A stretch of 64,000 bases of DNA from Oikopleura dioica (Eukaryota; Animalia; Chordata). Within the stretch, counting starts at the first letter, position 1. Each line of letters starts with the position of its first letter. The stretch spans positions 4,526,001 through 4,590,000 of the forward strand of contig OU015568.1 in the NCBI GenBank assembly GCA_907165135.1. Direction: 5' to 3'. Shown in pieces: positions 14,043-28,413 of this stretch. The notes under the pieces were generated by a model, which did no database searches, was not told where the DNA came from, and saw only the letters and a program-made list of their open reading frames with translations. The position numbers and the translations under genes are program-made.

Positions 14043-14828
14043 AACTTTTTCTTTTGAAATTTTTGGCTCCGGTCGAAAATGCTTTATTTTTGTGCCGAAA
14101 TGGCCATCTTAGGCCCTTCTTGCGAAATGTTATCGACGAACTTGGGCCTTCAAGAATTGAATGTTGATTTCGAGTCGAATTTCTTGGCGAAGGTCTTTGG
14201 CTTCATTGATACGCACAAGTGGGTTAAACCAACCAGCTTAAATTGTTAGCCATTACAAATAAGCGAGCTTATATATTTACACCCCATTCGCACCGGTTCG
14301 CGATTAACCTGCTGTAACAATCGTGCGCCAAAAGGACAAGGCTCTATTGGCGTCCAGTCTAAATATTTTGCAACACAAACCGGCCTTTGAAAGCTTCAAC
14401 TGCTTATGATTACAAAACGGTGGCTTACACGCGCGAGCAGTTGAGAATAAAAATGGACACTTGTCAAAACATACTTTTTCATAAGTCAGAGCGTGTGAGT
14501 GAATAACCACAAATATCCCTCTTCGCTTTTGTCTATTAGACCTTAAGGGGGTTAAGAACCTTAACTTCTCAAAACACGGGCGCGCTACTATACCCTCAAA
14601 ACACGGGGTCCAATAATTGGACCACAATGCATTATCCAGCCCCGCGCGGCGCACCCAATTCATAGTGTGAAAAATAGCGCTCAGAACTTTTGGCTCTAAT
14701 TGACGTTTCCATTAAGTAAAAAAGATTATAAATATATTGTTAGAGAGCTTGAACCCTCTTCTATAATAATTTACAATTGTAAGTCGAAAAATCCGTTTCG
14801 ATATTCCACCAGAGAGCGAAAGAGAAAT

Positions 14829-17800
14829 ATGGCGCAAAACGCCACCACTTTTGAGTTTTCATTCGAAACTTCACAAAGTGGTTCGTTTTCGTCCTATCAG
14901 CTCACATTACAAAATTCAGGTCAAACAGATTACTAGAACGGGAAATACAGGAGGTAAAAGTCGCCGTGGTCCAATGATTGGACCACGTGCCTTGAGAAGT
15001 TAAGACCTTTTTGGACAGATTTTAAGCGAAATTAAAAAAAAGCGATTTCGAATGGATTGAAAATACCATAATTCTTGAATTCGTTAAGGGACACGCGCGT
15101 AAATACGGCGTCAGCGGGAATAAAATAAATCCGCGGTGGTATGCTTATTTCTGGCGCTGGAGTTGCGCCAGACCGCGGCCATTTGCAAGCTCCCTTCATG
15201 CAGCCATAAATAAGGAATAAAAAGATAAAAACAATTGTTTCTAGCTTTTAATAAACAACATTTTAGATCTTGTTTTTTATACATTTTGAAAAAAATAAAA
15301 AAAAAATTCAAAAATTTCAAAAAAAAATTTTGAAAAATGCCAAAAAAATCGGAACCCCAAATTTTCAAAATTTTCAAAGATTTTAAATTTTTATTCTTCA
15401 GGACAACTTCGACTAGCTGGCGAAACAGAAGTATACGGGCGTGGCGCGCTGCAAATTTTTAACGAAATCGAGCAAGAATGGGGAACACTGAGCAAGATCG
15501 GATTCGACTACAGCGAAGCCATGGTCGCTTGTACCGGATTAGGGTGAGTTAAACTTTCAGTGAAATTGACGCTTGGCGCCTTATTGGCGAAAGCATGGCT
15601 CACGTAAAATAAGGGGCCACACTATCGACGTTTATAAAAAAAGGCCGGAAGGAGCGAACAAAGTGACCGCTTTAGACTTGTGTTCCGGCGAGGCGGAAAT
15701 AAGCTGACTTTAAATGAAAATAAAACATAAAAAGGATAAATTCATTATTGATCACTGATTAGCCCAGAAGCCTGGCAGAAGGTGATAGACCAGATCATTT
15801 TCACAAATTTGTCTTTTTAGTCATTTTTTAAATGAAATCAAGGATGATTAAAGACTGGAAAAAACGGTCCTTTTGGTATTCATTGAAAAATGATTATTGT
15901 CAATTTTCGCTCGAAAGCGCTAGAATCGTAAATAATAAAATCTATCTAGCGAAAAGTAATCGGAAGCTCTGCGGTAAGTTCACCTGGTTCTTGCCCTGCT
16001 TCATGAGCCACCTGAGCTCTTTGATGAGTTCACCGAGCTCACCAAAGCACAAAGCAAAACTCATAACTGGCGATTTATAACCGTCAAGTCTGATTTGCAC
16101 GTCGTAATCAATCAAATTATGGCCTCGCTTTTTTTTTGCTGTTGAGTGACGTGCTGGACCCTCTTAAGATCAACTTTGAAAATGAAAAATAAATTTCCAA
16201 AATAACGAAAAATTCTAGCTTCGGATGCGTGATGGGCTGGGGCACACTTGGACAATGGAAGGACAAGTTGAACTACGAAGACCGCTTTATGGTGCAACAA
16301 AAAGACCTGCCCACGGGGTACTTTGGCCTCGATTGCCACGGGGATGAGCCTACTCTAGGGTAAGTATACCTCTTCTCTTCGCTTTTTTTGTAAAAGAGGA
16401 ATTAAGTTATTGTTGCCCTGGAGAGAAAAGATGGGGGAGCAAACTTGGCCATAATTTTGACCATGACGATGATGTTGTCCTCCATTGTGGATTTGCGAAG
16501 GATATTGGATTTGGGCCGGAAACTGTTTGTCCTCATAGAACGACTTTGAGCAATTCTGAAGCTGGTGGCTCCTGCAGAGAAGGTACAGTAACACCACAGT
16601 TCTCTCTGAAACAGGGGGAAGCGCGTTCCTCTCCCCAAATTACAGTGACAAGATCAAAAGTCAATTGCTAAGCAGTTTAAATTTTTTCACATATAGAAGC
16701 AGCTTAAATTGATATCCGCCTCTTATTCTGAGATAAGCCGGCTGGGCGCGGTGCCAGAGTGGAAACTATTAAACACGGCTGTAAATTATTTTTTCAAACA
16801 TTTCTTGTTTTATAACCGCGTTTAATGTTTTTCAGCAGCAAGTTCCGGAAGTTGTTTTAATGATAAAACGAAAAAACGGCAAAAGTTGGAATGTCAGATT
16901 TTGACTCGCCAAGTTGTACCACGTCATTTTTTCTTCTGAAAATGTATAGTGCCGAAACCGCAACGAGCACTTGGCCTTTCGAGCTTATCAATTTGCTTCA
17001 CACATTTTTGACGCGCTTTTCATCAAAAATTTTCTTCTAGGTCGAGTTCGACTAACTGGTGGAGACGATGCGCTTAACTGGGGCCGCTTGGAAATCTCGC
17101 ATGCCGGTCAATTTGGATCAGTTTCTGCTGATGAATTTACAAAAGTTGCCGCAGATATTGCTTGCCGGTCGATGGGATTTTCGGAAGGAGCGAAATTGTA
17201 TAAAGCGAAAAAAGATGTTCTTCAAGAAATGACTCTGACGGAGAAAGATTCTGAATACATGCATATTTGGATGTGGTCCCTCAAATGCAGAGGTAATATT
17301 CAATCATCAAACCTTTCACCTTATTTTGAATTCTAGGAAGAGAGCAATCTCTACGCCAATGCCTTTTCGGCGGCCAGACGACTCCGCTGAAGCGATCAGA
17401 TCGACTTTCTTGGGGAAAATACGCTCGTTTCCCATTTTCAAAATACTGGGGTTACACTCCAGCGAATCTGTATGATCATGAGAACGATGTTGTACTTTGG
17501 TGTTCTGGAGAGCCCGATATGGACAAAGTCGACGAAAATTGTGTTGGAACGGAGACTTACAAGAAGATGTTTGCCAAGTTTGCTCCGACAACTACCACGA
17601 CGACGACAACGAAAAAGCCGACAACAACAACCACAAGCACAACAACCACAACAACAACGACGACGACGACTACGACGAGTACGACAACGACGACGACAAC
17701 CAAAAAGCCAACAACAACAACTCTTGTCCCAACGACAACGACAACTACCTCATCAACAGTGACAACAACCTCAACACCGTCAAAAGCAACAACAAGGTAC

Positions 17801-19266
17801 TCCCTCTTCATCTTTTTCATACCTATTTCTATCATCTTCTTAGTGAGCCCTCGACGGGGATTTTCCACCTCTCCTACCTCATTTCTGACAAAGCCCCGGG
17901 CCGCTCTGAAGTCGAATTCACAGAAGATGTCGCAAGCGCAATTAAGAAATCGCTCGGATCATCCGTCGAAAAGGAAATTTTATCTGTCTCCGTCCGGGAA
18001 CTTGGAACGAATTCGGGCAAATGGGATGTCGCAGCAATCGTCAAAGCAGAATCACTTTCGCTTCAGGAATGAGCTTCAATTTTCTCAAAAACAATTAATA
18101 TCAACGATCAATTTTATGCCTTCAACCCCTTAAACGACTGAAAAAAAGCTCGCGAAAAGGAAATGAAAGACAAAACTGCAGTCTCGAACAGTGTCGCACG
18201 GAAGAGATTCAACCAAAAAGACATGTCCTTCAGCGTGGTTGTATCAAACTCAGATTATCAAGTGCCTGGAATCATCGCAGTCCCATTTTATGACTCCCCT
18301 GAAATCGTCACGGAAAAGCCAAATTCCTCAAACGCACCTGTGATTCCAACGCAATCACCAATTAGCCAAAAATCATCATCTGATAAGCCAAACACATCAG
18401 AATCGACAGAAACAATGCCAAACCTTGCCGAACTTGAAAGTATTGTTGTGACGGAAGTCGCAACTGATGGTCCAAAAGCCAGCTCGGATGTGACAACAAC
18501 TCTTGAAATCAAAGAAGAGGAAGTAATTGCCGAGAAATCACAAGGCGCAGAAGATGCCGATGAGCTTATTGTTCTCGAGCCAGATTTGGTCAACCCGATT
18601 TCAACAAAGAAAATTGAAACATCAACGAAATCGGCAACAACAACGACAACTAGAACTACTACTTCAACTCCGAAGCCGACAACGACTACAACCCAAACTC
18701 CTACCCCAACAACGACAACGACAACTACCCAGAAAAAAACATCAGCAACTTTGAAAATGACAAAAGAACCGAGAATCCTTTCCACAGAAAAACTCACAAC
18801 CAGTGTGGAAACAGAAAGAAATGAAATGCTCGAAGCTGACCCTGATGCAGCTGGGATGAATATGATTGTTGTCGGAGGAGTAATTGGCCTTGTTGTCATT
18901 CTCGGTAAGTAGAGGTCAATGAAGACCATCGTATTGATGTTGAATTTTAGGAGCGATTGTTGTTAGCTTTCACTTCAAGAAACGATCGAAACTTCAAAAG
19001 TAAGACCATTTTTCTTTTGATGCCTTCTCACCAGAACATTCAGAGATTCCCGAGCAAGTCTCAACGCCTCCCTCCAATCCGGCAAAGCTGAATCCTCCAG
19101 CTCCAACGCCACCAACGGCTACCTCCAAATGAACACGGAAGACCCCGACCTCAAGATCATCCGCGACGATTCCCTCGACCCCATCGACGCAACCGAACCC
19201 CACGAGACTCAAAATTTTATTCCAAAAGTTTCACGCGTCAGCGAGTACAAATTCGACAGCAGTTGA
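14829..19266 (+). CDS. Type I membrane protein: two divergent SRCR domains, Thr-rich mucin, SEA-like domain, second mucin stalk, TM helix and Pro-rich cytoplasmic tail (5' exons unresolved)
   Basis: GT-AG exons at ~15402-15543, 16219-16349, 16407-16581, 17041-17292 and 17337 onward give GQLRLAG..GALQIF..WGTL..ACTGLGF..CHGDEPTLGYC..DVVLHC and GRVRLTGG..GRLEI..ACRSMGF..CRGREQSLRQC..DVVLWC. Poly-Thr tracts follow, then the TM MIVVGGVIGLVVILG. Confidence 0.85.
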
Positions 19267-19482
19267 TAAAATCAAGCCTCGACAATTTTAACTTTAGCCC
19301 AAACTTTAACTAAACTATCGAAAGAAAAAAACCTCAGCATCCATTGTGACAGACCACAAAATTTTAAGATAAAGCATTCACTGTTCAACACACCTGTTTC
19401 TGATCAATGCGCATTTTTTTTTTCAATAAATGACTGTAAATAAACTTCAAATAAATACACCTTTTTATTCATGGAAAAAATT

Positions 19483-20899
19483 TCAGACACAATCAGTCAA
19501 AGTATCAGAACTGTCAACCGTCAGCAGCCTATTCCCAATTGACATTCGCCGCGCCCCATAAGAGATTCTTTTATCTCCTGGACCAACAACATTTCTTTTC
19601 TGAGCAATTCTTCGCAAAACCGACGATTTTTGCGAAACACGCCCGAATTTCTTGAAGATTTCATTCGTAGTGGTCGTTCGTCGCCTCGCCATTTCTATCG
19701 ATGTGGGAAACAGTGCTGAAAATGCTTGCCGTCTTCGAAAATTCTCGATGAGATTTTCTCGATTTCTGATTCTGTCACCGATAACGGGCAATTTCTTGAG
19801 GATCCATAGTTTAAAAAGGCAGAGTGTTGCTAATACTGATTGTAGAACTGGTATTCCAACGAAGAAAATGTGGATCTGAGGCAGGCTTTTTGCAGGGCGG
19901 TCAACTGGTGCACTTAATCTTGTGCTCAGACATTATACTTATTCAATAAAGCCTACACGATATTTTGTGGAGTTTGTTTCGCACCAGCAAACACTGCAAG
20001 AACGACGATTGCTGTCGAAATAATCCCATGCCAGCAGCCCGCGAACGATACTTAAAAAAAGATACTAGGAAAGTAATATTATGTATACCTTTTGTGTCGA
20101 ACCAAAGTATTTCAACAAGAAGAAAAATTAATGGTACAAACTCTTTGGCGATCATCATGATTGTTGTCATATCTGGCCATCTACGGGACATGTCACGGTA
20201 AGGGAAGAATCCAAGCCATTTTGTTCCATTGGTTATTGCGATGAAAAGCGAGAGTATAATCTTGTCAACAAATTAATTAATACTTTGAACTGTTATGTTT
20301 ACCTGGCAATTAAAGAAAAGAGAATGAATTTTGTTAAGCGTCTGCATTTTGCTTCCAAATCCGAGGATGATCTTTTTTCTATTGAAATTCGTGTATATTG
20401 TTAAAATCACAGCTATCAAAAATTTTCACCAGTGAGAAAATTAAAACTGTACCTATAGGATAGTTCAGGCCACGGAATGGAGTACTTGATCCAACCCATG
20501 TAAGACGCATGATTGAAGTAAGCCCAAGAATAAGACGTAGAAGGACGTAAACTCGATCATTTGTCACCAGAGTAGAATTGACGAAATTGATCGCAGGTTC
20601 TCGTCCAAGTTGACAAGCAAAAGCATACTTCTCGAATCTTGTCATTGGAATTTCGCCGATGAGTTTCATCGGATGAATCTTTTTTCTCACTCGCCATGTT
20701 ATAACGTAATTGATGAATGAAATTATGACCAAGACGATAAGATCTACGGCGCAATATGATTTACGAACACAAATGTCAAATTACAAATATGAGTTATTTT
20801 GTACCCCATTTGAAGAAAATTGATCGTCACACCCTTGTCGACCCAATGTTGGGGAATTTCATGATTCCAGGTGGACTCCATTCCAAGTCTTGTTTCCAT
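19483..20899 (-). CDS. Orphan multipass membrane protein, paralogue A
   Basis: Spliced ORF METRLGMESTWNHEIPQHWVDKG...FEKYAFACQLGREPAINFVNSTLVTNDR..., several hydrophobic segments and a basic C-tail. It shares sequence and the first internal intron position with paralogue B. Confidence 0.75.
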
Positions 20900-21197
20900 A
20901 GTACTAAAAGTTTTAGCCTAAATTTAAAGTCCTAAAACACTTTTATTTCATCACCCTGATCGTTCTTATTTGACCGCTCAAACTGATAACTGTACTGGCA
21001 AATAATAATGAAGATTACAGAAGTTCTAGAGACGCGTTTTTTAGACTTACGAAAATGAAATAAAATAACCTCTACAAGCTGTGCTTCCATGAATGATTTC
21101 ATAACATCTGTAACTTATCAATCCCCATTTTTTCCAATAAAGTACAGTTTATCAACTTCACATAAAACAAAGTTTATTAAACTACCAGAAAAGCATG

Positions 21198-22713
21198 TCA
21201 GTCATACTCAAATGAATCAAGACTCTCAACAGTCATCAGCGCATTCGCAACAGACATTCGTCTTCTTCCATAAGTCTGTGATATTCTTCTATCACCAACT
21301 TGGTTTCTTTGTTGATTTCTCTGTTGAAGTCTTCGTAAAATAGATTGTTTTTGCGAGACGCGTCCGAATTTCTTGAAGATTTCATTCGTAGTCGCCGTCT
21401 GTCGTCGCATTGCTCTCGTTACTGGAAAATGTTTCGTGAAAGCTTGTCGTTTTCGAAAATTCTCGATGAGGCTTTCTCGCAGTCGGACTCGTTCGCCAAT
21501 GACAGGGAGTTGTCTCAGAACCCAGATTTTTAAATCGCAAAGGAGGGAGATCGCCAACTGGATTGTCGGAATCGCAATCATGGCAATATGGGTTTGTGGT
21601 AGTGTTCTTGCAGGTTGGTCGACTGGTGCTCTGAAACATCATCATCATTACTTTACAGATCTTGATGTACGTACAGAACTGCCTGAGGCTGCTGCTTTTG
21701 ACCGGCAATCAGCAAGAGAGTCATTGAAGTCATTGTCGTCATAGCGTGCCAGACGCCGGCGAAATGAACTATCATTTTTTGTTAAAAAAATTATTCCTCA
21801 TCTTCGATTACCTCTTGTCTCCAACCAAAGTAAATCAACGAGCAGTAGAATTAACGGAGAAAACTCTTTGATCGCCATCAAATTATGGGATAAATCAGGC
21901 TTCCGAGACATGTCTCGAAAAGGAAATAATCCAAACCATTGCGTCCAGTTTGAGATTGTGATGAAAACAGCAAGAATGAGCTTTAAAAACAGATGTTCAG
22001 GGGTGTTTTTTGAAGTCAGAAGTACCTGGCAATTGAAGAAGTAGGAATGGACTTTGTTGAGCGTCTGCATTTTGCTCCCAAATCCGAGAATTATCAATTT
22101 TCTGTTGAAATTCGTGTAGACTGTCAGAATCAAGGCTAAAGACACTTCCTTATTTCTCGATTGAAAAACAACCAACCGACCTATTGGATAATTAAGACCG
22201 CGCAGCGGAGTACTTGCTCCAACAAAAGTTTGACCAAGAGTTGAAGTAAGCCCGAGAATCAAACGAAGAACGACATACGCTCGATCGTTTGTTACCAGAG
22301 TAGAATTGACGAAATTGATTGCAGGTTCGCGTCCAAGTTGACAAGCAAAAGCATACTTTTCGAATTTTGTCATTGGAATTTCGCCTATGAGTTTCATCGG
22401 ATGAATATTCTTCCTCACCTTCCAGCAAATGACGTAATTTATGATGCAGATGATCATGCCAACGAGGAGGTCTAAAATATTCATGAACAAACTTCAATCC
22501 AGCGAACTTACAACTTACAAGCATGCACTACTTTGTAACCAGCTTTAAGGTCGTCCATTGTCAGTCCCTGGTCGACCCAATGCTGAGGAATCTCTTGATT
22601 CCATGTTGGTTTCATCCCGAACCTTGATTGAGCTTCTGAGCTAAACGGATTTTCGGATCTTAGTTAAAAGGCAAAAATTACCTGTTCCACATTTTTGTCT
22701 TTATAAAATCCAT
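21198..22713 (-). CDS. Orphan multipass membrane protein, paralogue B
   Basis: GMKPTWNQEIPQHWVDQG...FEKYAFACQLGREPAINFVNSTLVTNDR...LPVIGERVRLRESLIENFRKRQAF is highly similar to paralogue A, in tandem on the same strand. Confidence 0.75.
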
Positions 22714-23003
22714 CTCAAAATTGCTCTTATTTTCTCTCCTTGTAACGAAATGATGACAACGAAAACTTATATGGACAATTATTGATTGTAGAATTTTGAA
22801 ATCAAATTTTACCATAAGTACAAAAATTGAGTCGGATTATAATTTTTTTGTCTACGAACTAATTGTTACGAAACATTTCTTACGTAAAAACAGTTCAATT
22901 CAACCAATTCTAGAAATTCAACAGCATTCAACGAAAACAGGAAAAGTTCATTGAACTTTGATAAACAATAAATTTATACACATTACAGTGTATATTACAG
23001 ATA

Positions 23004-23380
23004 CGCTCGAAAAAGACTGATATTCAAAGAATGTACAAATGACGCAATTCTTGTGTTTTTTCGGAACGCTAGAATTACTGTAGTTTTTTTTATCTTGAAG
23101 ATTCTCCGATATAAATGGTGGATACAATTTTGACGATTTTAAGAATAAAAGAATTATTTATTTACTTTTTTTAATAAACAAGATAAATTTATTTTTTATA
23201 TTTAATTATTTTTTGATAATTTTGATTTAATTTTTATTATGAAAATGCTCAAAATTGTGACTACAAATTATATCGAAGAATCTTCAAGATAAAATAAACT
23301 ACAGTAATTCTAGCGTTCTAAGAAAAAACGCAAGAGTTGCGTCATTTGTAGATTCTCAGAATATCAGTCTTTTTTGAGCG
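23004..23380. mobile_element. Foldback MITE with ~115-bp inverted arms and an AT-rich core
   Basis: cgctcgaaaaagactgatatt...gaagattctccgatataa is mirrored by ttatatcgaagaatcttc...aatatcagtctttttgagcg. Confidence 0.85.
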
Positions 23381-23736
23381 ACATCCGTGGGCGCGGGGCG
23401 CGCCAATAACTCGCGCTGCGAAAACAAGTGAAAACGACGCGAGAGGGAAAAAAGCGAAAAGAAGAGAAGAAAGATAAAACGCCCCTGAGGCTCGTGGGCC
23501 AGGAGCCCATTCTGACAAATTGACAATTAATTCTCAGAGGAAAAAGTGCGCGTTTGGGCAAAACACGTGACTCGTTTTGGAATAAAAATAGAGAGAAAAT
23601 AACAGAAAAAAAGAAGAAAAAGGAAGAAGAACCGACAGAAATAGCAGCAAATGACGCTGCAGGATGATCCTGATCAAAGGAAAAGCTTTTTAAAAAAATA
23701 AACAGGGTTTTTTCAAAAGAAAATTTTCAATTCGAC

Positions 23737-24100
23737 CAGGGCTGCTGAATTCGGAGCGTTTGCGTTTGCCCGCGATTTTTTGGCGGAAGATCCGCTGATT
23801 TTCGCCGTTTCTCCGCGCTATTCTCCGATCGTCCGATCGTCCGATTTTATCCGCCGCGCGGATCGTCCGCGATTACCCGCTACCTTTTTTCTCTAGCCAA
23901 TCAAAAGGGAGGAACACCGTTTAAATTCGTCTTTTCAGCGGAAATTTCGGCGGATTATCCGCGATTCTCCGCTCCCTTTTCTCCGCTTGAAACCGGCGGA
24001 TCTTCCGTGAAAAAAACTGCGGATTTTCCGTGAAACAGCTGCGGATTTTCCGCCAAAAAAATCGCGGGTAAACGCAAATGCTCCGAATTCAGCAGCCCTG
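23737..24100. mobile_element. hAT-type MITE (CAGGG termini, 8-bp TSD)
   Basis: TIR cagggctgctgaattcggagc... extends ~60 bp; the identical 8-bp flanks aattcgac lie at 23729-23736 and 24101-24108. Confidence 0.92.
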
Positions 24101-24162
24101 AATTCGACGAAAATCTTGTTTTTTTTTATTGAAATTGACAAAAAATAAGCATTTCAGCACAT

Positions 24163-24875
24163 GGGTAGGAGCCATTTAGTCAGGAGAGCCATTTGGTCAG
24201 GGAGCCATCTAGTCAGGGAGCCACTTGGTCAGGTCTGACCTAATGGCGCTTCTGACCTAGTGGCTCCCTTGACCAAATGGCTCCTTCCTTAGCGTGGGCG
24301 ATGATTGGTGGAATTTTACGTTGCTTTTTTCTGGTACTGAAGTCTGATTAATTGAATTCTGATACCAAGTAAGATCATCCAAATCTAATAAACTTGCAAC
24401 TGGCAAGCTAAAAAGATTTTTTTCCGTCTTAATGATTTTATAGTGCTCAATGTTTAAATAGTGCTCATTATAAAAATTAAACGGTTTTTCACATTTATTA
24501 TGACGATCTCATAATTTTGTGTTCAATTTCAGGCTTAAGAAATTGGTCTCCTAATTTATGGTTAGGGTTAGGTTTGTCTAAAATAAAAGTCGAAAATGTG
24601 AAAATTACTGCAGAAATTCTTTTTAAAGATAATTTCAGAAGGAAATACCAGATAGATTTTGTAGACCCTACTTGGTATTAGAATTCCATGGATCAGAGTC
24701 TGATTATCAGACTTCATTGCCAGAAAAATAGCAACGTAAAATTCCACCAATCATCGCCCACCCTTAAGAAGGAGCCATTTGGTCAGGGAGCCAGTAAGAC
24801 AGACCTGACTAAATGGCTCTTCTGACTAAATGGCTCGCTGACCAAATGGCTCTCCTGACTAAGTGGCTCCTACCC
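24163..24875. mobile_element. Mutator (MULE)-like non-autonomous element, ~190-bp TIRs with internal subrepeats, 10-bp TSD
   Basis: Termini gggtaggagcca.../...tggctcctaccc, TSD ttcagcacat at 24153-24162 and 24876-24885, and repeated tgaccaaatggctc-like units within the TIRs. Confidence 0.88.
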
Positions 24876-25126
24876 TTCAGCACATGGCTTTTTATAATTT
24901 ATTTTCTTGCCCTCTGGCAATGTCATTTCTTTCCTTGGGCGTGAGAAAGTACCGAAATTCTTGATTTTTCATTGCAAAATCTAGAAGAGTCCAATTTGGA
25001 AGGAATCCAGTCAACAAATTTCGAAATATTCTGAATCTGGATCGATTCCAAATGCATTTCTTTGCGTTTTTCTTAGGAGAATTTGTTTGCAAAGCTCTTC
25101 AACGAGTTCTCATCTTCTTCATACAG

Positions 25127-27321
<2,195 letters not shown>

Positions 27322-27429
27322 CGATTTCCTCCACTGTTGCGGAGTCCTCAACTTTTTAAAACTATTTTAAAATCTTAAACCGTACCAACTTCAAATTTCT
27401 TTCAAGTTCAAAATTGCTCTTTTCATGAA

Positions 27430-28266
27430 TTTCAAAATCTTCTTCTTTTGAAAAACCTTTAAAACCCTGTGTGTTCAAGACCTTTTTTAAGATGCTCTCT
27501 GCAGTTCCAAGAACGAATAAATAAGGTAACATTTTCAGCGCCCTTTCGTTGTATTCTTTTCGACAATAATCTAATCTTTGAGAAGCAGAAAAGACAGTAA
27601 AGAAGAAGGCCAGGACAAGTCCAGTCGCGGAAAGGCTAGAAAGAAGTTTTCGAGAGTCTTTTCTACAGTATTACCGGTCGATAACGACGGAAGCATATTT
27701 TCACTCGTTCTCGTACTTCAGGGCCATGTCTCGTTTTCTGATTTTATTCGCGATGACATGGATTTCTCGGTAAAGAAAGGATGCCGGTCTCTTTTTCATT
27801 TCAAAAGAAAAGGGGTGAGAATAACGAACAGATAGTAAAACCAGCTCGTCAGCCATCAACAAGGGTTCCATGTTGTTATGTACCGGCTCATTTTATGGTT
27901 GGTATTGGAGCATTTTTCATTAAAAAGTTTTTGTTTTGACCAATTTCGTGCAGAAAATGAACCGGAAATTTCTCCCCATTCCTGTTCTTCTCTTTTTATG
28001 ATAGAATTTCAGACTTATTACAATTCATGCCATCGAGTTGCTGTTCAAGTAGCTGGATGAGACGAGATACTGGCCGATACCTGGAAGCGTATTTGGGTTT
28101 CGAGGAGTCTTGCAACTCCATTGAGCCATGAAAATGACCATCGCGAGGCGAATCCTGATAGAGAGGGCGATACCGCGGTATTTTTACCGCTTTGTGCCGG
28201 GAGAAAGGAAGGGCAGGGGATAAGCAGGGCGCAGAGAATACAGGGAAGCACTAGAAATGCTCGCAC
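27430..28266 (-). CDS. Possible small multi-exon membrane protein, convergent with AMPK
   Basis: Open hydrophobic stretches (LLSSLSATGLVLAFFFTVFSASQ..., RAFLVLPCILCALLIP) with candidate splice sites. No start codon or family identified. Confidence 0.2.
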
Positions 28267-28413
28267 ATTTGAAGCCTTTAACTCTACTTATTTCGCTCTC
28301 TACTTCGCTCTTTTTTCTTCACTGTATATTTTAATAAGACATATTCAATTGAAGACAAAGGTTTGCGATTTTTGTTCAGTTGAAAAAATTATTCCTTAAA
28401 AAATATGGAAAGA

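Noticed and set aside
10203-14663. Short ORFs over 10.2-14.7 kb
   Set aside because: They overlap palindromic MITEs or AT-rich repeat DNA and show no family motifs. A possible isolated exon near 13625-13830 could not be linked to a gene.
16340-16410. Apparent GG-AG intron in the SRCR gene
   Set aside because: A canonical GT-AG intron (16350-16406, acceptor attaag) gives CHGDEPTLGYC, which fits the SRCR consensus better.
17557-18929. Val-rich minus-strand ORFs (also 42489-42851, 43849-44196, 51228-51566) and Gln- or Asn/Asp-rich alternate-frame ORFs
   Set aside because: They are antisense or off-frame shadows of ACA/ACG/ACT-rich Thr mucin tracts.
20820-20900. Opsin-like N-terminal IPQHW motif in the orphan membrane paralogues
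   Set aside because: I could not find a retinal-binding Lys in TM7, an (E/D)RY motif or NPxxY, so no opsin call is supportable.
22192-22524. Overlapping alternate-frame ORF (FVHEYFRPPRWHDHLHHK...)
   Set aside because: The equivalent frame in paralogue A is interrupted by a stop; conservation follows the hydrophobic frame.
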